DNA from: Pristiophorus japonicus
Taxonomy: Eukaryota
Direction: 5' to 3'
Length of the DNA: 64,000 nt
NCBI RefSeq assembly: GCF_044704955.1
Contig: NC_091999.1
Span: forward strand, 11,036,001 to 11,100,000
The notes under the pieces are model-generated. The model saw only the letters and a list, made by a program, of their open reading frames with translations, was not told the origin of the DNA and did no database searches. Positions 10,370 through 22,000 of the stretch are shown piece after piece (the first letter of the stretch is position 1; each line of letters begins with the position of its first letter). A program made the translations under genes and the position numbers.

Positions 10370-13300
10370 GAGTATAAGATAGTCACTAACAGAACAACGA
10401 AAGACATTGGTAATAATTTATTTACACAGAGAGAAATCAGAATGTGGAACTCACTGCCGCATTTCGGACCTGGAGCAGCAGGTGGAGTCAAATACGGTGG
10501 AAGCACGAGGCTGGGAGCTACGTTGATAGCACGTTTCAGGAGGTGGTCACCCCGCAACTTAAAGGGGTGCAGGTAGTGGGGAAGTGGGTGAACAGCAGAT
10601 GTAGTAAGTGTGCTAGGCAGGTAGCGGACGAATTATCCCCTTGAGTCCATCTCGCTTTCAAACCGATATTCACTTCTGAGTATCGGTAAGGACGATGGTG
10701 CCTCTGGGGAGCTAATTCCAAGGCACCACGGGTGGCTCAGCTGCACATGGGGGAGCGACGTAGAACAAATGAGCCCTAGTGCCAGGGGATCCTATAGTTA
10801 CTGGAACAGAGAGGTGTTTCTGCGGCCGCAGACGTGACTTCAGAATGGTTTTCTACCTCCCTGGTGCCAGGGTCAAGATCTCACAGAGCAGAGAAAGGGC
10901 ATCCTGTGGCGGGGTGGGGGAGGGGGGGAGGTGGGTGTTGGATGGTAAACAGCTAGAGGTCGTGGTCGATATCGGGACCAACGACATTGGTAAAATGGGG
11001 GATGAGGTCCTACAGGAAGTATTCAGGGAGTTTGGAAGAAAATTAAATGGTAGGACCTCAAAGGTAGTCATCTCCGGGTTACTACAACTGACACGTGTTA
11101 ATGAGTATATGAATAGCAGGTTAGAGAGGATGAACACATGGCTGGAAAGTTGGTGTAGGAGGGAGAGCTTTTCATTCTTGAGGAATTGGGACCGCTTCAG
11201 GGGGAGATAGGACTTTTACAAACCAAACGGTTTGCACCTCAACAGCGCCGGGTCGAATATCCTCACGGGGAGTTTTTCTAGTGCTGTTGCGGGGAGTTTA
11301 AACTAGCTTGGCATGGGGATGGTAACCTGTGAACGAATTCAAAAGCGAAATAGTTAAAGCAGAAATTGGATGGCAAGAAACTAGAAAGCGCTTTTGTAAG
11401 ACAGTAGAAGCAGTGCTTAATACGTCGTGAGGAAGGAGATCTTCCTGTGCTGAATGGTATATACTTTAATGCAAGAAATATAGCTGTTATTTATTAATGC
11501 TTGAGGGTCACCACACACCACAGGGCACTGCGGTCAGAGGATATCGGGCTGTACGCATGTGGCATGTGTGCTTGGTCACCTGTAGATCAGCTGGGTGTCT
11601 TTCTCACGCTGTCACTCTTGGGCTGGAATAAAGATGGATCAGGTTGCACCTGAGTGAGTTTTCAGTAACCAGACCCTTCAGTCATTACAATAGCGAATAA
11701 GGCGGATGAGCTAACAGCACAGGTCGACACTTGAGAGTTTGACATTACAGGCATTATACAAACATGGCTGAAAGAGGGGCAGGTTTGGCCGATCAATATT
11801 TCTGGCTACAGCATTTTTAGACAAGATAGAGATGGAGGTAAAAGGGGAGGGGGAGGTGGTTGCAGTACTAATTAAATAAACTATTACAGTGGTGAAGCGG
11901 GATGATACGTTAGAGCGATCATCAAATGAGGCCATATGGGTCGAATTGAAAACTAAAAATGGACGATCAAACTGCTGGGCGTGTATTATAAACCCCCAAA
12001 CAGTGGGAGGGAGACAGAGGAGCAAATATGTAGACAAATTGCTATGAAGTCCAAAAAGCATCGGGTAGTAATAGTCGGGGATTTTAACAATCCAAATATT
12101 GATTGGGATAAATTTAGTGTGAAGGGTATAGAGGGTGTGGAATTCTCGTGATGCATTGAGGAGAATTTTTTTCAGTCAGTATGTAGCAAGCCCAACACGA
12201 GAGGGTGTGTTCTTGAATTTAGTTTTGGGGAATTAAGTTGGGCAGGTTGAAGGGGTATTAGTGGAAGAACACTTGGGTCCCTGTGATCATAATTCAGAGA
12301 GATTCAAGTTGGTTATGGATAAGGACAAGAATCGGCCTGGAATAAAAGTTCCGAATTGGAGTAAAGCTAATTTTGCTAAGTTAAAGCGTGATTTGGCCAT
12401 AGTGGACTGGAAACAGATACTCGTGGATAAATCAGTGTCGAACCAATGGGAGGCATTGAAGGAGGAGATCAGGAACGCTCAGGCCAAACATATGCCCTTC
12501 AGTAAAAGGCTGGGAATTATAATTATAGAGCCCCCTGGATGTCTTGGGACTTACAGGGGAGGATTAAGAAAAAAAGGACATGTATGTGATATACTAACGG
12601 CAAAATACTGTAAAATCTTTTGAGGAATATACAACATTAAGAGTAAAAAATTAAAATGGATATTAGGAATGCTAAGAGAGAGTACAAGGAATTATTGGCC
12701 AGTAAAATTAAGGAAAACGCTTAGATGTTATATAAATATATTAAGACTAAGAGGGTAACTCAGCAAAGGGTAGGGCCTATTAGAGCTCACGAGGGTAATC
12801 TTTGTGTCGAGGTGGAAGATGTTGGTCGGCTTCTTAACGAATACGTTGCATCTGTTTTTACAAAGGAAAGGGGCAATGCAGACACTGCTATCAAGGAGGA
12901 GTGCGATATTCTTGAAGAAATAAATATAGTGAGAGAGGAAGTATTAAGTGGTTTAGCAGCTTTGAAATTTGATAAGTCCCCAGGCCCGAATGAAATGCAT
13001 CCCAGGTTGTTGAGCGTAGTAAAAGAGGAAATAGCAGAGGCCTTCACCAACTTTTTCCACCCCTGTTTGGATCTGGGCATGGTGTTGGAGAATTGGAAGA
13101 CTGCTAACGTAGTACCCTTGTTTAAGAATGAAGAAAGGGATAGGTCGAGTAATTGCAGGCCTGTCAGCCTAACCTCAGTGGTGGGGAAATTATTGTCAAA
13201 AACCTGAAAGACAGGATGAATCTTCATTTGGAAGGGGAAGGATTAAGTAGGGCTAGTCTGCACGGATTTGTGAAGAGAAGACTGTGTTTGACTCAGCTGA

Positions 13301-14875
13301 TTGAATTTTTTGAGCAGGTTACCAAGTGGGTCGATGAGGGTAGTGTGCACACTATAGTATATATGGACTTTAGCAAGGCCTTTGATAAGATCCCATATGG
13401 TAGACTGATCATGAAGGTTAACGCCATGGGATACAGGGCAAAGTGGCAAGTTGGATCCAAAACTGGCTTGGAGGTAGGAATCAAAGGCTAATGGTTGATG
13501 GATGTTTTTTGACTGGAAGAATGTTTCCAGTGGGGTTTCGCAGGGCTCAGTGCTGCTCCTTTGCTTTTGTGGTGCATATCAACGATTTAGATTTGAATAT
13601 TGGGAGTATGATTAAGAAGTTTGCAGACAACACTAACATTGGCTGTGTGGTTGATAATGAAGAGGAAAGTCATGGGCTACAGGAGGATATCAATGTACTG
13701 GTCAGGTCGGCAGAGCAGTGGCAAATCGAATATTATTCAGAGACGTGTGAGGTGATGCACTTTGCGAGGCTTAATAAGGAAAAGGTATACATGAGGCAAT
13801 AGGACACTTATTAGTGTAGATGAACAACGGGAACTTGGAGGGCTTGTTCTCAGATTCCTGAATGTAGAAGGCCAGGTGGATCAGGTCGTTAAGAAGGCAT
13901 ACGGATTGCTTGCCTTTATTGGCCGAGAAATAGAATTAAAGAGCAGGGAGGTTTTGCTTAAATTGTTTTATACACTGGTTGGGCCATAGCTGGAGTACTC
14001 CGTGCAGTTCTGTTTGCTGTATTGTAGGAAGGACGCATTGCACTAGAGAGGGTGAAGAGGAGATTTACGAGGATGCTATGCCTTGAATCGAGAATCTTAG
14101 ATATGAGGATAGATTTGATAGGCTGGGCTTGTTCTCATTTGAACAGAGGAGGTTGAGAGGAAACCTCATTGAGGTGTACAAAATTTTAAAGGGCCTGGGC
14201 ATAGTGGAGAGTAAGGGCCTATTTCCATTGGTGGAGGGTTCTTTAACGAGGGGGCACAGCTTTAAGGTAGTTGGTGGAAGATTTAGAGAGGATTTGAGGG
14301 GGTAGGCTTCGTTACGCAGAGGGTTGTGAGGATCGTGAACTCGTTGCCTGGAAGAGTGGTGGATACAGAACCCCCACCACTTTTCAGAGACGATTGGATG
14401 GGCACTTAAAGTTCAGTAACCTGCAGGATTACGAACCTAGAGCTGGTAACTGAGATTAGACTGGATGACCTTTTGTTTGACGGTGCAGATATAATGGTAA
14501 GTACTGCAGCGAAAAAAATACCATCAGCTTGATCTCCTGGACTAGTTTCGATCGCCTGGATGGGCCCGAGAGGAATTTTCCCCAGAGTTTTTCACCCTAA
14601 ATTGTCCTGGGTGTTACCTGGTGTTTGCCTCACCCAGGAGATCACATGGCTCCGGTTGAGGTGGAGTGTAGATTGTTTCAAAATAAGGTGTGTGGTAGTT
14701 GTGAGAGGCGGACTGGTTTGCCTGGGTGCTCTTTGCCTTTCCGCCATTGATCATACGTTTATAAGTAACCTTTAGGCCTGCTGACCAAGGGCCATGCGGC
14801 TCTTTGTCGGCCAACGCAGACACGATGCGCAGAAATGGCCTTTTTCTGAACTGTAAATTTCTATGTTCCTATGTT
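10370..14875 (+). mobile_element. Near full-length degraded CR1 LINE (ORF1 SGNH esterase-like + ORF2)
   Basis: ORF1 remnants GDPIV..GTNDIG; ORF2 remnants DKSPGPNEMHP, YMDFSKAFDK, FADNT; CR1-type 3' tail at ~14860. Confidence 0.88.
11485..11689 (+). mobile_element. Solo LTR (205 bp) inserted in CR1
   Basis: TGTTAT...ATTACA termini, internal AATAAA, 5-bp target-site duplication ATAGC (11480-11484 / 11690-11694); CR1 sequence rejoins across it. Confidence 0.8.
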
Positions 14876-15649
14876 TCGACATGGACAAGTTGGAGCAGAT
14901 AGCGTTGATGCAATTAAGCGGATCTTGGAAAAGACATTATAAGAAAGGAATAGATGAACACGGGGTTCAGAGTAGGAAGAGGTAATTAGAGTGGGAGGAG
15001 CCTCGTATCAACACCAACATCGACTCGTTGCGTCGAGTGGCCTGTTCCTTTTGTGCAGATTCTGTACAATGTAAAACTCAGAGAAAACTCCGCCTGCAGC
15101 AAATAGGAGAGAATCATCCAATGGTCTGAAGGAATTGCAGTTTTCAGGGAATTTGAAGAGCCAGTTCCCGGCGAGTAACAGTAAAACCACTGCGGAAGCT
15201 GCACAGACTGAAACCAACCGACAACTGAGAGACTTTGAGACAAGTTCTCAGGCAGGCAAGAAAACCACAAATAACACAAAGTGAGCGACCCAGATGTAGA
15301 TATAAAATGAAACTAACTGTAAATAATTCAACTTAAATTTAAATGGTGTAATAGTTGCCCCATTGATGGAAGAAAAGTCAAACATCGTTCAAGGCAGGCA
15401 GGAGCTCCCGTTAAGAGTAAGGCTAGATTAAATACCTTGCCTTCGCCCCACAACATTTAAGTTTGGCTCAATCGATGCTGATGAACCACTCTGATTTTGT
15501 TTGAATCTTGCTGTGCTCATGACATGACACAGCCGTGTTCCTCTAGGTCAATCATCATTTTAAGATGATTGTATCAGTGAGGAGGAGAATTACAATGTTA
15601 CCTCAGGTTTATCTTGCACCAAGAAAAATCGAAAGATAAATTTAATAGC

Positions 15650-15890
15650 AATCATATCATCGGACAGCACAGAAGGAGGTCATTCGACCCAGTATGTATA
15701 TGCCGGTTCGTGAAGGTGGTGTCACTTGGTCCCTGCCCTTTGCTCTTTTCTCATACCCCTTCAAATGTTTTCTTTTCCAGTATTGATCCAATTCTACTTT
15801 GAAAGCTACAGTTGAATATGCTTCCAGCACCTTTTCAGGCAGTGCATTCCTGTTCATAACAACTCGTCGTTTAAAAAACTTTCTCAACTC
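15650..15890 (-). mobile_element. CR1 3' fragment
   Basis: ORF 15657-15887 RKFFKRRVVMNRNALPEKV matches the CR1 ORF2 C-terminus. Confidence 0.75.
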
Positions 15891-16048
15891 CCCCTCTTAT
15901 TCTTTCGACATTGACTGCGAATACATTTGCAACAGGCTTCAAATGAAAATAGCATTAACGTGAGAGGCAGAACTTTTCCTGTGACTGACCACTGTCCCTG
16001 GGTAAACAGCAGCCAAATAAATTACATTCTTCCATTTTTATCCTCCAG

Positions 16049-16354
16049 CTTCCAGTTCCACAGTGTCCCAGAGTCCGCCTCTACAAACCTCTACTGTCGG
16101 TGACACCATTACTTTAAGCTGTGAATATGCAGGTGCCTGTCAGCACACAGTGCACTGGTACTGTCAGTCCCCAGGGCAGGGTCCGAAATACCTGCTTCAG
16201 AGACACACTTCAGGAGAGGGAAATAAAGAAAACACTGCCGGTGGCCGAATTTCTGCTTCGGTCGATCCTGTAGAGAAAATCAGCCGGTTAAACATCGCAA
16301 AACTTCAACTAAGTGACAGCGCTGTGTATTACTGTGCACTGGGTCGGCGCACAG
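16049..16354 (+). CDS. Leaderless 'supporting' TCR-delta V segment of NAR-TCR
   Basis: Polypyrimidine acceptor ...TCCTCCAG at 16048, phase 1, matching the J donor; open V ASSSTVSQSPPLQTSTVGDTITLSCEYAGACQHTVHWYCQSPGQGPKYLL...LQLSDSAVYYCALGRR; extra Cys in CDR1; no leader exon seen upstream. Confidence 0.9.
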
Positions 16355-16393
16355 CACAGTGATAAACAGTACGGAGAGAGCCATACAAAAATC
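16355..16393 (+). other. 23-RSS of the supporting V
   Basis: CACAGTG + 23 nt + ACAAAAATC. Confidence 0.95.
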
Positions 16394-16808
16394 TGATCAT
16401 GGTCGGGATTACAGATACGCAGTCATACAGAACAAGGAAAGAGCAGTATTAAAGCTGATTATGGTGGATATTACATGCACATAGGGACACAAAGCACGGG
16501 TAGAGTTCGAAAGCCTGGACAGAGTGGGGCTTACAGACACACAGTGATTCAGAGCAGGGAGAGAGCCGTACAAAAACCTGATGTTGGTGGGGAAACAGAT
16601 ACGCAGTCATAGCGAGCATGGAGAGAGTCATACTAATATCTGAATATTGTGGGGATTACAGGCACACTATGACACAGAGCACGATGGAGTACAAAAAGCT
16701 GGACATTGTCGGGATTACAGACACAGAGTGCTGCAGAGCAGAGAGAGATCCGCACTAAAACCTGTTCATGGTGGGTATTACAGTTATGCACTGAATCAGT
16801 GCAGAGGG

Positions 16809-16960
16809 AACATGAGAACATAAGAAGTAGGAGCAGTAGTAGGAAATACAACCCCTCGAGCCTGCTCAGCCATTTAATACAATCATGGCTGATCCGATCA
16901 TGGACTCAGGTCCACTTCGCTGCTCGGTCCCCACAATCCCTTATTCCCTTATCTGTTAAG
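16809..16960 (-). mobile_element. CR1 3'-tail fragment inserted in the RSS array
   Basis: AACATAAGAA..AGGAGCAG..CCCCTCGAGCCTGCTC..CCATT..AATCATGGCTGAT, same as other CR1 tails in the window. Confidence 0.8.
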
Positions 16961-19044
16961 AGCAAGGAGAGGGAGGGAGTGGGAGTGCAATGAGAGGGAG
17001 AGAGCAGCGGAGAGGAAGTGGAGCGGGAGAGCACGGGGGAGAGCAAAGGCAGGGGGAGACCTGGAGCGGGGACGTGGAGAGCCAGGGGAGGTGGAGAGCA
17101 GGGGGAATGGACAGCAGGGAGAGTCGTACGAAAACCGGAAAAATGTTGTGGATTACAGACACACATTGATAAAGAGCACCGAGCGAGTTCAACAACCTAC
17201 ACATAGTGGGGATTACAGACACACAGTGATACAGTGCACCGAGAGAGTTCACAAAGCTGGACGTGGTGGAGATCACAGGCACAGCGATGCAGAGCACGGA
17301 GGCAGCTGTTGAAAAACCTAATCATGGTGGAAAGAGCGATGAGTTCCTGCATATTTTAGGGATCTCGGAAGGAGATTAAGAAGTATCACCTCAAAGGTAA
17401 TTATCTCCAGATTACTCACGGTGCCACGAGCTTGTGCATATAGCAAAAGTAGGAAAGAGCAGAGCAATGCCTGGCTGGAGAGATCGTTCAAGAGGGACGG
17501 CTTTAGATTCCTGCTACATTGGAACCCGCTCCAGGGGATGTGGGACCAGTAAAGGCAGGAAGGTTTGCACCTCAACTTCCCGGTCAAATATTCCGCAGCT
17601 GGGGGGTGGGGGTTGCACGTTCTGTTGGAAAGCTTTAAAATAATTTTGCAGACGGTTGGGCACCATAATGTACCATTAGATGAAAGAATACAGATAGCAC
17701 TAGAGTAAGAAATATTAAGTTATTGGGTGGTAGTCAGACGAAGAGAGAATACAAGGATATTTATTAGCGATAAACGCAAAATTCTTGGTTAATCAGGTTG
17801 GTGAGCAGCAGGTGGAAATAGCCACATGCGAATATGATGTTGTGGCGATAGCGGCTGACAGAAATGCAGGATTGGGTATTAATTAGTCCTAGATATAGGT
17901 GTTAAGGAATGGGAGGGAAAGAAAGGAGTTGGGTTGGCAGTATTAGTTAAGGAGAATGTTACAGTGCTGGAGGGAGGCTATGTACTGGATGGGTGAAGCA
18001 TAGACTCTCTTTGGTTAGATATAAGAAATAATAGAGCTGCAATTGCACAACTGGGTGTTTTCTACAGGCCACCAAATAGTGGGAAGGATATAGATGGGGG
18101 CATTTGCAGGTAAATTACAGAGAACAACAAGAACTACAGAGCAGTGACAACGGAGGCCTTGAACTATGCTAATATAGTCTGGGATAATAATAGCATAAAG
18201 AGCAGAGAGGGGAAAGAATTTCATTGTGTGTTGAGGAGAACTTTCTTGAGCAGATGTACTCGAGGTGGAAGACTTCAACGTCCATCAAAAAGATTGGCTC
18301 GGTAGCAACACTATTGGCCGAGCTGGCCGAATCTTGAGGACATAGCTAACAGACTGGGTCTGTGCGAGGTGGTAAGTGAGACAACACGAGAAGAAATAAC
18401 TACTTGACCTCGTCTTCGTCAATCCACCCGTCGCAGATGCATCTCTCCATGACAGCTCTGGCAGCAGTGGTCACCGCAAAGTCATTGTGGTGACGGGATC
18501 CCATCTTCACACTAACGACATCCGCTACCGTGTTGTTTGGCACTATCAACGGGCTAGATGGGATAGGTTCAGAACAGGTCGAGCAGCTCAAAACTGAGTA
18601 TCCATGACGCAGCAGCAGAATTGTATTCCACCACAATCTGTAACCTAATGGCCCGGCATATCTCTCAATCTACCAATACCATTAAGCGAGGGGACCAATC
18701 CTGGTTCAGAGTTGCCTGTAGAAGAGCATGCCAGAAGCAGCACCAGGTGTATGTAAAAATGAGGTGCCATCGTTGGGAAGCTGCAAAACAAACTACATGC
18801 ACCCTAAAACGTGGAAGCAGGATGCCATAGACAAGGTTAAGCGATCTCACAAACAGAGAATAAGATCAAATCTCTGCAGTCCTGCTGCATCCTGTCGTGA
18901 ATGTTGGTGGAGCATCAAACAACTAACGGGAGATGGTGGTTCCATGAGTATCCCCATCAGAAAAGATGGCAGACCCAGCACGTCAGTGCAAAAGACCAGG
19001 CTGCAGCGTTTGCAATCATCTTCAGCGAAAAGTGCCAAATGGAT

Positions 19045-22000
19045 AGAAATATAGAAACATAGAAACATAGAAAATAGGTGCAGGTGTAGGCCATTCGGCC
19101 CTTCGAGCCTGCACCGCCATTCAATGAGTTCATGGCTGACCATGCAACATCAGTACCCCATTCCTGCTTTCTCGCCATACACCTTGATCCTCCTAGTAGT
19201 AAGGACTACATCTAACTCCTTTTTGAATATATGTAGTGAATTGACCTCAACAACTTTCTGTGGTAGAGAATTCCACAGGTTCACCATTCTCTGGGTGAAG
19301 AAGTTTCTCCTCATCTTGGTCCTAAATGGCTTACCCAACATCCTTAGACTGTGACCCCTGGTTGTGGACTTCCCCAACATTGGGAACATTCTTCCTGCAT
19401 CTACCCGATCCAAACCCGTCAGACTTTTAAACGTTTTTATGAGATCCCCTCTCAATCTTGTGAACTCCAGTGAATACAAGCCCAGTTGATCCAGTCTTTC
19501 TTGATTTGTCAGTCCCACCATCCCGGGTATCAGCCTGGTGAACCTTCGCTGCACTCCCTCAACAGCAAGAATGTCCTTCCTCAAGTTAGCAGACCAAAAC
19601 TGTACACAATACTCCAGGTGTGGCCTCACCAAGGCCCTGTACAACTGCAGTAACACCTCCCTGCCCCTGTACTCAAATTCCCTCGCTATGAAGGCCAACA
19701 TGCCAGTTGCTTTCTTAACCGCCTGCTGTACCTGCATGCAAACCTTCAATGACTGATGTACCATGACACCCAGGTCTCGTTGCACCTCTCCTTTTCCTCA
19801 TCTGTCACCATTCAGATAATAGTCTGTCACTCTGTTTTTACCACCAAAGTGGATAACCTCACATTTATCCACATTATACTTCATCTGCCATTCATTTGCC
19901 CACTCACCTAACCGATCCAAGTCACTCTGCAGCCTCATAGCATCCTCCTCGCAGCTCACACTGCCACCCAGCTTAGTGTCATCCGCAAATTTGGAGATAC
20001 TACATTTAAGCCCCTCGTCCAAATCATTAATGTACAATGTAAACAGCTGGGGCCCCAGCAAAGGACCTTGCGGTACCTCACGAGTCACTGCCTGCCATTC
20101 TAAAAAGTACCGATTTACTCCGACTCTTTGCTTCCTGCATGCCAACCAGTTCTAAATCCACTTCAGCACACGATACCCAATCCCATGTGGTTTAACTTTG
20201 CACATTACTCTCTTGTGTGGAACCTTGTCGAAAGCCGTCTGAAAGTCCAAATACACCACATCAACTGGTTCTCCCTTGTCCACTCTACTGGAAACATCCT
20301 CAAAAAATTCCAGAAGATTTGTCAAGCATGATTTCCCTTTCACAAATCCATGCTAACTTGGACCTATCATGTCACGTCTTTCCAAATGCGCTGCTATGAC
20401 ATCCTTAAGTAATGATTTGATCATTTTACCTACTACCGATGTCAGGCTGACCGGTCTATATTTCCCTGTTTTCTTTCTTCCTCCTTTTTTAAAACGTGGG
20501 GTTACATTGGCGGCCCTCCACTCCCTAGGAACTGATCCAGAGTCTATGGAATGTTGGAAAATGACTGTCAATGCATTCGCTATTTCCAAGGCCACCTCCT
20601 CAAGTATTCTGGGAAGCTGACCATCAGGCCTTGGGGATTGATAGGCCTTCAATCCCATCAATTTCCCCAACAAAACTTCCTGACTAATAAGGATTTCCGT
20701 CAGTTCCTCCTACTTACTCGACCCTCTGACCCCTTTCATATCCGGAAGGTTGTTTGTGTTCTCCTTAGTGAATACCGAACCAAAGTACTTGTTCAATTGG
20801 TGTGCCATTTCTTTTTTCCCCGTTATGACTTCCCCTGATTCTGACTGCAGGGGCCTACGTTTGTCTTTATTAACCTGTTTCTCTTTACATATCTGTAGAA
20901 GCTTTTGCAGTCCGTCTTAATGTTCCCTGCAAGCTTCCTCTCGTAAGCTATTTGCCCTGCCCTAATCAAACCCTTTGTCCTCATCTGCTGAGTTCTAAAT
21001 TTCTCGCAGTCCCCGGGTTCGCTGCTATTTCTGGCCAATTTGTATGCCACTTCCTTGGCTTTAAACCCTGATTTCTCTTGATAGCCACAGTTGAGCCACC
21101 TTCCCTTTTTTATTTTTACGCCAGAGAGGGATGTACAATTGTTGTAGTTCATCCATGCAGTCTCTAAATCCCTGCCATTGCTCATCCACTGTCAATCCCT
21201 TAAGTATCATTCGCCAAACTATCCGAGCCAATTCACGCCTCATACCTTCAAAGTTACCCTCCTTTAAGTTCTGGGCCATGGTCTCTGAATTAACTGTTTC
21301 ATTCTCCTTCCTCATGTAAAATTCCACCATATTATGGTCACTCTTCCCCAAGGAGCCTCGCACAACGAGGTTGCTAATTAATCCTCTCTCATTACACAAC
21401 ATCCAATCTAAGATGGCCTCCCCCCTTGTTGGTTCCTCGACATATTGGTCCAGAAAACCATCCCTTATGCATTCCAGGAAATCCTCCTCCACCGTATTGC
21501 TTCCAGTTTGGTTAGCCCAATCTGTATGCATATTAAAGTCACCCATGATAACTGCTGCAACTTTATTGCATGCACCCCTAATTTCCTGTTTGATGACCTC
21601 CCCAACATCACTACTACTATTTAGACGTCTGTACACAACTCCCACTCACGTTTTTTGCCCTTTGGTGTTCTGCAGCTCTACCCATATAGATTCCACATCA
21701 TCCAAGCTAATGTCCTTCCTAACTATTGCATTCATCTCCTGTTTAACCAGCAATGCTACCCCACCTCCTTTTCCTTTTATTCTATCCTTCCTGAATGTTG
21801 AATACACTTGGATGTTGCGTTGCCAGACCTGATCATCCTGGAGCCATGTCTCTGTCATGCCAATCACATCATAACTGTTACCAACTACTTGCACAGTTAA
21901 ATCATCCACCTTATTACGGATACTCCTTGCATTAAGACACAAAGCCTTCAGGCTTGATTTTTTAACACCCTTTGTCCTTCTGAATTATGATGCAGTATGG

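Larger units (their letters stand above)
16355..17330 (+). repeat. Tandem array of ~62-bp units, each a (degenerate) 23-RSS plus ~24-bp linker; split by a CR1 tail and G-rich tract (~16809-17110)
   Basis: Heptamer-position starts at 16355, 16418, 16480, 16540, 16602, 16665, 16724, 16787, then 17162, 17222, 17280; shared linker ~TGATCATGGTGGGGATTACAGACA. Confidence 0.9.

Noticed and set aside
15060-15290. Possible leader exon for the supporting V (GTGAGC at 15281)
   Set aside because: No ATG-initiated hydrophobic signal peptide precedes the donor-like site
16355-17330. RSS array as a CRISPR-like array or a D-segment cluster
   Set aside because: Whole units are homologous (no unique spacers), the context is eukaryotic, and the linkers lack a 5' RSS so they are not D segments
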